A stretch of DNA of 64,000 nt from Dehalococcoidia bacterium UBA2979. Lineage in GTDB: Bacteria > Chloroflexota > Dehalococcoidia > UBA2979. The stretch spans positions 5,047 to 69,046 of the forward strand of contig DEAP01000041.1 of NCBI GenBank assembly GCA_002348225.1. The letters are read 5' to 3'. Positions 59,572 through 64,000 of the stretch are shown here, piece after piece. The notes beneath the pieces are model-generated. The model saw only the letters and a list, made by a program, of their open reading frames with translations. It ran no database searches and had not been told where the DNA came from. Each line of letters starts with the position of its first letter. Position 1 is the first letter of the stretch. Both the position numbers and the translations under genes were made by a program.

Positions 59572-59618
59572 TTGTATTTCTCCTCAGATAATGATGAAAT
59601 CTCTGTGTTATTGGCTAT

Positions 59619-60788
59619 CTAGGATCCACTTCTGATGTTCAGTAAGTCGCGAGCCATGACAATTCTTTGCACCTCAGAGGGTCCTTCACCGATGCGGCGG
59701 ATGCGTAGCTCTCGATACCACCTTTCTAATGGAAGATCTTTACTCATTCCCAATCCTCCAAATATTTGCATCGAACGGTCGACTACCCGTCCAGCACCTT
59801 CTGTGGACACGAGTTTTGCCATAGATGATTCGAATCGGAAAGGTTCTCCTCGTTGGGCGAGGTCAGCAGCAGCTAGGCATGCCCAGCGCCCTGTTCGAAT
59901 ATCAATTTCGTTATCTACCAACATCCATTGAATTGCCTGCCGGTTCGCAAGTGGTTGTCCAAATGTTTCTCTTTGTTTGGCCCAGTCAGTTGCCATTTCG
60001 TGGGCATAGATTGCGACGCCCAAGCCAGTTGCTGAATAAGGAATACGCTGCATGCTCAGATATTCGTTTGCCAAGGCAAACCCTCCCCCTTCCTCACCAA
60101 GGAGATTCTCTTTCGGTATACGCATATCTGTGAAGGATAGTTCTGTGGTGTAGTGAGCACGGAGTACCTGGACAAGCCTTTCAACTCGGAACCCAGGTGT
60201 GTCAGTATCGACTATGAATGCGCTCACACCTTCTCTTCCCTTGGAGGGATCTGTCCGAACGTAAACAATTCCAAAATCGGCGGTATCCGCGCCTGAGTTC
60301 CAGAGTTTCCCTCCGTTGATTACCCAGTCGTCACCATCCTTTACACCTCGTGTTTTGATTGCACGAGCTGGGTCCGATCCACCGCTAGGTTCACTGAGCC
60401 CAAAAAAGGAGCTTTTCTCACCTCTGATCACTGGCCACAAATATTTCTCTTTTTGCTCCTCTGTGGCATTATAAAGTTGGCCGGGAGGTCCACTGCCGAA
60501 CACTCCATATGCAGGTGAATACAAGCCGGCTCTGTGTTGCGAAAGTTCCTCAGCCACAAGGGTACGTGTTACCAAATCTACACCTGGCCCACCGTATTCT
60601 GTAGGAACATCCATTTTATAGAGACCCATGTCTTTGACCATACCTACCAGTCTGTCTTTTTCAGACTCTGGTAGCGAAAAAGCATCCGGGTCGAGCTCCT
60701 CTTCAAGCGGTCTTATTTCGTCTCTGATAAGTCGTCGCACATTATCGATGATGAGCTGCTGTTCGTCAGTGATTTTAAAGTCAACCAT
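59619..60788 (-). CDS. Acyl-CoA dehydrogenase.
   Basis: It has the ACAD N-terminal, middle and C-terminal domains, including the signature FGLSEPSGGSDP and the catalytic base region. Confidence 0.9.
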   Translation of the reverse strand: MVDFKITDEQQLIIDNVRRLIRDEIRPLEEELDPDAFSLPESEKDRLVGMVKDMGLYKMDVPTEYGGPGVDLVTRTLVAEELSQHRAGLYSPAYGVFGSGPPGQLYNATEEQKEKYLWPVIRGEKSSFFGLSEPSGGSDPARAIKTRGVKDGDDWVINGGKLWNSGADTADFGIVYVRTDPSKGREGVSAFIVDTDTPGFRVERLVQVLRAHYTTELSFTDMRIPKENLLGEEGGGFALANEYLSMQRIPYSATGLGVAIYAHEMATDWAKQRETFGQPLANRQAIQWMLVDNEIDIRTGRWACLAAADLAQRGEPFRFESSMAKLVSTEGAGRVVDRSMQIFGGLGMSKDLPLERWYRELRIRRIGEGPSEVQRIVMARDLLNIRSGS

Positions 60789-60794
60789 TCTAGT

Positions 60795-61220
60795 TCAGTC
60801 CTCCATTGCACTTTCTTGGGTTTTCCAGTGATATTTCCCAAGTTTTGGGATGTCCTCTTGGTCTTCGAGATTTGCGGGCGGCAGCCGCCCGTGATCTTCA
60901 TTAAATCTTGTCAAAATTTCTATCCAGCGGCTGTAGTACATATGATTGACTTCGTACCGATAGTATTTGCCTTTTTCTTTTATGGTGGGTAGTACCTGGC
61001 CCATTTTCGGATGAGTCCAGTTGGCGTCCTCTAATCGCGCGGTGTCTGCAAAGCAAAGAAATAACTCACCCCTCAGCCCAAAAGGAGATTTTCCCGACGC
61101 CTTACCTATATATATTGTTTTTCGGTCCTCATCAGCTATTTCAAAGACCCCCATAGCACCTGGTAGTGATTTGAAGTTAATTTCATCGTCCCACTCAGTC
61201 CATGGTTTTCTAATTCTCAT
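60795..61220 (-). CDS. Hypothetical protein (141 aa).
   Basis: It is an ORF embedded in the ACAD/thiolase operon. It has a weak GVF...YIG (GIY-YIG-like) spacing that is not convincing. Confidence 0.35.
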   Translation of the reverse strand: MRIRKPWTEWDDEINFKSLPGAMGVFEIADEDRKTIYIGKASGKSPFGLRGELFLCFADTARLEDANWTHPKMGQVLPTIKEKGKYYRYEVNHMYYSRWIEILTRFNEDHGRLPPANLEDQEDIPKLGKYHWKTQESAMED

Positions 61221-61227
61221 TAGTTCC

Positions 61228-61653
61228 CTACCTTATTTTTTCAAATAGAAGCATTGCTTCTGTTTCGCTAATTTTCTCTATCCGTGCAGCAACGCGGTCA
61301 CCTATCTCTAGGATGTCATCTGATTCAAACATCGCCGCTAGCATTCTCGGCCCGTCATCAAGTTGCACAGTGGAAACGAAGTATGGGATAAAAGGTTTAA
61401 ATGCCGGATGATATGGTTGATGGACTTTAACAAACGAATACACGCTACCTTCACCGGTTGAACTGACTTCAGTTAGATCGGTCGAGCCACATTCATAGCA
61501 GAACGATTCAAACGGGTATTGATTTTTGTTGCAGAGCATACAAGCTTGCAGAACGAGGCGTCCTCCAGCAAGGTTTTCTCTATAGCTTTTGTTCAGTTCT
61601 GTGATTGGCGGTACCAAGTCTTCGAAAGCATTGAAATTTTCTTTTATTTGCAT
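61228..61653 (-). CDS. Zn-ribbon OB-fold protein (DUF35 family), partner of an SCP2-type thiolase.
   Basis: It has the Cys4 ribbon CMLCNKNQ...CYECGS followed by an OB-fold. Its stop overlaps the thiolase gene start. Confidence 0.75.
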   Translation of the reverse strand: MQIKENFNAFEDLVPPITELNKSYRENLAGGRLVLQACMLCNKNQYPFESFCYECGSTDLTEVSSTGEGSVYSFVKVHQPYHPAFKPFIPYFVSTVQLDDGPRMLAAMFESDDILEIGDRVAARIEKISETEAMLLFEKIR

Positions 61654-62798
61654 TAGTTTGCTCCAATATTGGAAAGCAGCATGGTTGCATGTGTAGTCAT
61701 TATTCCTCCCTGTTGACTCACAAGGCCCACTTGTGCACCCTCTACCTGCCGATTTTCACACTCACCACGTAGTTGTCGCACAGCTTCTACCACCAATTGT
61801 GTCCCGGGCATGCCAGTCTCTGAAAGCAGCCCCCCCGACGTATTGCAGGGCAGTTCGCCTCCTAGATGAGTTCGTTTCTCTTCATAGAACGAGCCTCCCT
61901 CACCCTTTTTTACGAATCCATATTCCTCTAGGCTTATCAAAGGAACAATAGTGAAGCAGTCATAAATTTCGCAAAAATCGACATCGTCCGTCGTCATCTG
62001 TGCTGAATCGAAGGCCATCTTACCTGCTATTGCTGCCCCACTTGTAGCTAGTTCAGGACGCCTAAAGAAGTCCCATGATGGATGCCCTTGACCTATGCCC
62101 TCTATGTAAATTGGCTCCTTATTCAGTTCTTTTGCGTTTTCTTCCGTTGTGATGATGTAAGCTGCGCCTCCGTCTGAGACCGGACAACAATCCAACAATC
62201 GAAAAGGCTCCGCTACCCATCGTGATGCAAGGTAATCTTCTAGCGTGAATAATTCTTGGAATTGAGCTCCTGGATTCATACTTGCGTGAGTCCGATGAGC
62301 TATTGCCACGTTTGCTAATTGTTCGGGTGTTGTCCCGTATTCATACATGTGTCTTTTGGCGACCATTGCATAGCTTGAGGGGGCACCGAATAGCCCCGCG
62401 AGAGCATCCTCTCCTCGTGGTCTGGCATATGAAGCTCGGGTACCAGTTCTAGGATTGTCTCCATACGAAATAGCAATATATTCTGCCTGCCCAAGCTCTA
62501 TCGCACTGACAGCGTACTGGATCAGTCCGATATTGCTAGCTCCAGCCTGATCTATTGTGCCAGTGACCTTTGGCTGGACTCGCAGAGCTTCAGCTATCTT
62601 CGGTCCCCAAAGCATGGGAAAGGTGGATGTAGGAGCCTTAGTGAGAATACCATCGAGCTGTTTGGCTTCGAGTCCAGCATCTTCTAGAGCTGATCGAATG
62701 GCTAGGATGTTGTGAGCCACCTGCGAAACTCCAGGGTTTTTCCCATAGGCAGTATTGCCGACTCCGACGATACAGTATCTGTTTCTGAGATTTTTCAT
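61653..62798 (-). CDS. Thiolase-like protein (SCP2/nonspecific lipid-transfer-protein-type thiolase).
   Basis: It has the thiolase fold with conserved Cys/His regions (VGNTAYGK...; GQGHPSWDF). It has the typical DUF35 partner gene downstream. Confidence 0.85.
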   Translation of the reverse strand: MKNLRNRYCIVGVGNTAYGKNPGVSQVAHNILAIRSALEDAGLEAKQLDGILTKAPTSTFPMLWGPKIAEALRVQPKVTGTIDQAGASNIGLIQYAVSAIELGQAEYIAISYGDNPRTGTRASYARPRGEDALAGLFGAPSSYAMVAKRHMYEYGTTPEQLANVAIAHRTHASMNPGAQFQELFTLEDYLASRWVAEPFRLLDCCPVSDGGAAYIITTEENAKELNKEPIYIEGIGQGHPSWDFFRRPELATSGAAIAGKMAFDSAQMTTDDVDFCEIYDCFTIVPLISLEEYGFVKKGEGGSFYEEKRTHLGGELPCNTSGGLLSETGMPGTQLVVEAVRQLRGECENRQVEGAQVGLVSQQGGIMTTHATMLLSNIGAN

Positions 62799-62939
62799 CG
62801 TTCGGCACCCCCAAAGAAGTAGAATAACTTTAATTATTTGTTCTAACGCCGAACTATAACAGAAAGACGCGATGAAATAAAAATTATCTAGCTAATAAAT
62901 CCCGACCGAATATTGAGGCCTTCAAATTGTTTATCAGCT

Positions 62940-63059
62940 ATGATATCTGGCAGTACGAGAATTAGTTTCGAGGACACCTTGAAGAAGATCTGTTTACTTT
63001 CACTTCTCGCTTTGTCGCTACGGCGGCCCTCCGTCGCTTAAATGCGATTGGGAGGGCCT
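62940..63059 (+). promoter_or_regulatory. Leu-rich leader peptide (MISGSTRISFEDTLKKICLLSLLALSLRRPSVA) with an overlapping terminator-like hairpin: candidate leu attenuator.
   Basis: It is a 33-codon ORF with 6 Leu in 9 codons (tta ctt tca ctt ctc gct ttg tcg cta). Its stop codon TAA (63039..63041) lies inside an 8-bp GC stem GGCCCTCC...GGAGGGCC (63024..63059) followed by TGTTTC. It sits 40 nt upstream of leuA and divergent from the thiolase operon. Confidence 0.4.
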
Positions 63060-63100
63060 GTTTCACCTAATACTATCTAAATTATTGAGAGAAAAATGAA

Positions 63101-64000
63101 ATGAATGACGACAAAGTTTATATTTTTGATACGACACTTCGAGATGGAGAGCAGTCTGCCGGAATAGCCTTTACTCGAGAGGACAAAATAGAGATAGCTA
63201 AGCAGTTAGCCAAACTCAATGTAGATATCATCGAGGCGGGCTTCCCCGCTACATCACCAGGAGATCTTGACGCAGTTGCGAGTATTGCTCGTGAGGTTAA
63301 AGGTCCGGTAATTGCAGGTTTGGCTCGTGCAGTGCCAGATGACATTGATGCCGCTTGGGAAGCATTGAAGGATGCTGAATCTCCTCGTATTCATGTCTTT
63401 TTGTCTACCAGCGATATCCATATGGCTCATCAGTTACGAAAGAATAGAGAAGATATTATTGAGATGGCACGGGCTGGGGTTGCACAAGCCAAAGGCTACG
63501 TATCCGACGTGGAGTTTTCGCCAATGGATGCGTCTCGTTCAGATACAGATTTTGTCTATCAGATTTTAGAGGCAGCAATTGAAGAGGGTGCCACCACGAT
63601 CAACATACCGGATACCGTGGGGTATGCAATTCCTGAGGAATTCACTGCATTTATTCAATCTATCTACGACAATGTAGCCAATATTCACAAAGCACGAATT
63701 TCAGTGCATTGCCATAACGATCTTGGGATGGCAACTGCCAATTCAATTGCTGGAGTTCTCGGTGGAGCGCGACAAGTTGAAGGTGCCATTAATGGTATTG
63801 GCGAGCGAGCAGGTAACACTTCAATTGAAGAGGTAATTATGTCGATTGCCACCCGCAGTGATTTGATGAATGTGTATACCGATGTGAACCATGTGGAACT
63901 CTATCCAGCCTCTAAGCTGGTTGAGCGACTTTCAGGGATGCAAGTACAAAACAACAAAGCGATCGTTGGTCGAAATGCATTTCGCCACTCGTCGGGTATT
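63101..64000 (+). CDS. leuA: 2-isopropylmalate synthase (3' partial at the window end).
   Basis: The N-terminus [20 protein letters not shown] and the [13 protein letters not shown] motif are canonical LeuA. The ORF is open to the window end. Confidence 0.92.
   Translation, partial: MNDDKVYIFDTTLRDGEQSAGIAFTREDKIEIAKQLAKLNVDIIEAGFPATSPGDLDAVASIAREVKGPVIAGLARAVPDDIDAAWEALKDAESPRIHVFLSTSDIHMAHQLRKNREDIIEMARAGVAQAKGYVSDVEFSPMDASRSDTDFVYQILEAAIEEGATTINIPDTVGYAIPEEFTAFIQSIYDNVANIHKARISVHCHNDLGMATANSIAGVLGGARQVEGAINGIGERAGNTSIEEVIMSIATRSDLMNVYTDVNHVELYPASKLVERLSGMQVQNNKAIVGRNAFRHSSGI

Noticed and set aside
60795-61220. Calling the 141-aa protein a GIY-YIG nuclease because of a GVF...(10 aa)...YIG spacing.
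   Set aside because: The downstream catalytic Arg/Glu/Asn arrangement does not fit, so it is kept as hypothetical.
63096-63104. Mini-ORF ATG-AAA-TGA overlapping the leuA start.
   Set aside because: It is only two codons long and most likely an incidental overlap, although it could contribute to translational coupling.
1-64000. Search for CRISPR arrays, tRNA/rRNA genes, transposases/integrases and long direct repeats.
   Set aside because: None was seen by eye in intergenic regions or ORF translations. Intergenic spacers are short and unique.

Overview
The window is a 64-kb bacterial chromosomal segment at roughly 50% GC (judged by eye), densely coding on both strands, with no rRNA, tRNA, CRISPR array or obvious mobile element. 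Gene content is mostly core and peripheral metabolism. It starts inside glutamate synthase (gltB C-terminus overlapping gltD) and ends inside leuA. In between lie ilvE and the ilvB-ilvN-ilvC operon, and a TPP-riboswitch-controlled YkoF/ThiXYZ-type thiamine-precursor ABC transporter. There are many paralogous catabolic genes: at least 8 SDR oxidoreductases and 5 crotonase-fold enoyl-CoA hydratases, plus a CaiB-type CoA-transferase, MmgE/PrpD, a luciferase-like flavin oxidoreductase, an acyl-CoA dehydrogenase, a DUF35 Zn-ribbon/SCP2-thiolase pair, a GcvT-family protein, a CocE/NonD hydrolase, gamma-glutamyltransferase and an M20 peptidase. It also contains two family-5 substrate-binding proteins, a Dpp-type permease pair, UppP and a LysM protein. 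This paralog expansion resembles marine heterotrophs such as SAR202-like Chloroflexota; that attribution is inference only. The most interesting signal is that two minus-strand ORF pairs in the six-frame track are separated by a single in-frame TGA, and are best read as selenocysteine-containing genes. One is a thioredoxin-fold lipoprotein with a U-x-x-C redox motif (9119..9667). The other carries a U-G-S-C motif (13895..14431) and sits in an operon with an uncharacterised 529-aa thioredoxin-like fusion protein and a CoA-transferase. Each TGA is followed at bSECIS-like spacing by a hairpin with G/U in the apical loop. Together with a neighbouring AhpD-like CMD protein, this looks like a possibly undescribed selenium-dependent thiol-redox module. 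Other unannotated elements are the TPP riboswitch, a Leu-rich leader peptide upstream of leuA, a Val-rich candidate leader upstream of ilvB, tandem small paralogous ORFs, and a strong intrinsic terminator.
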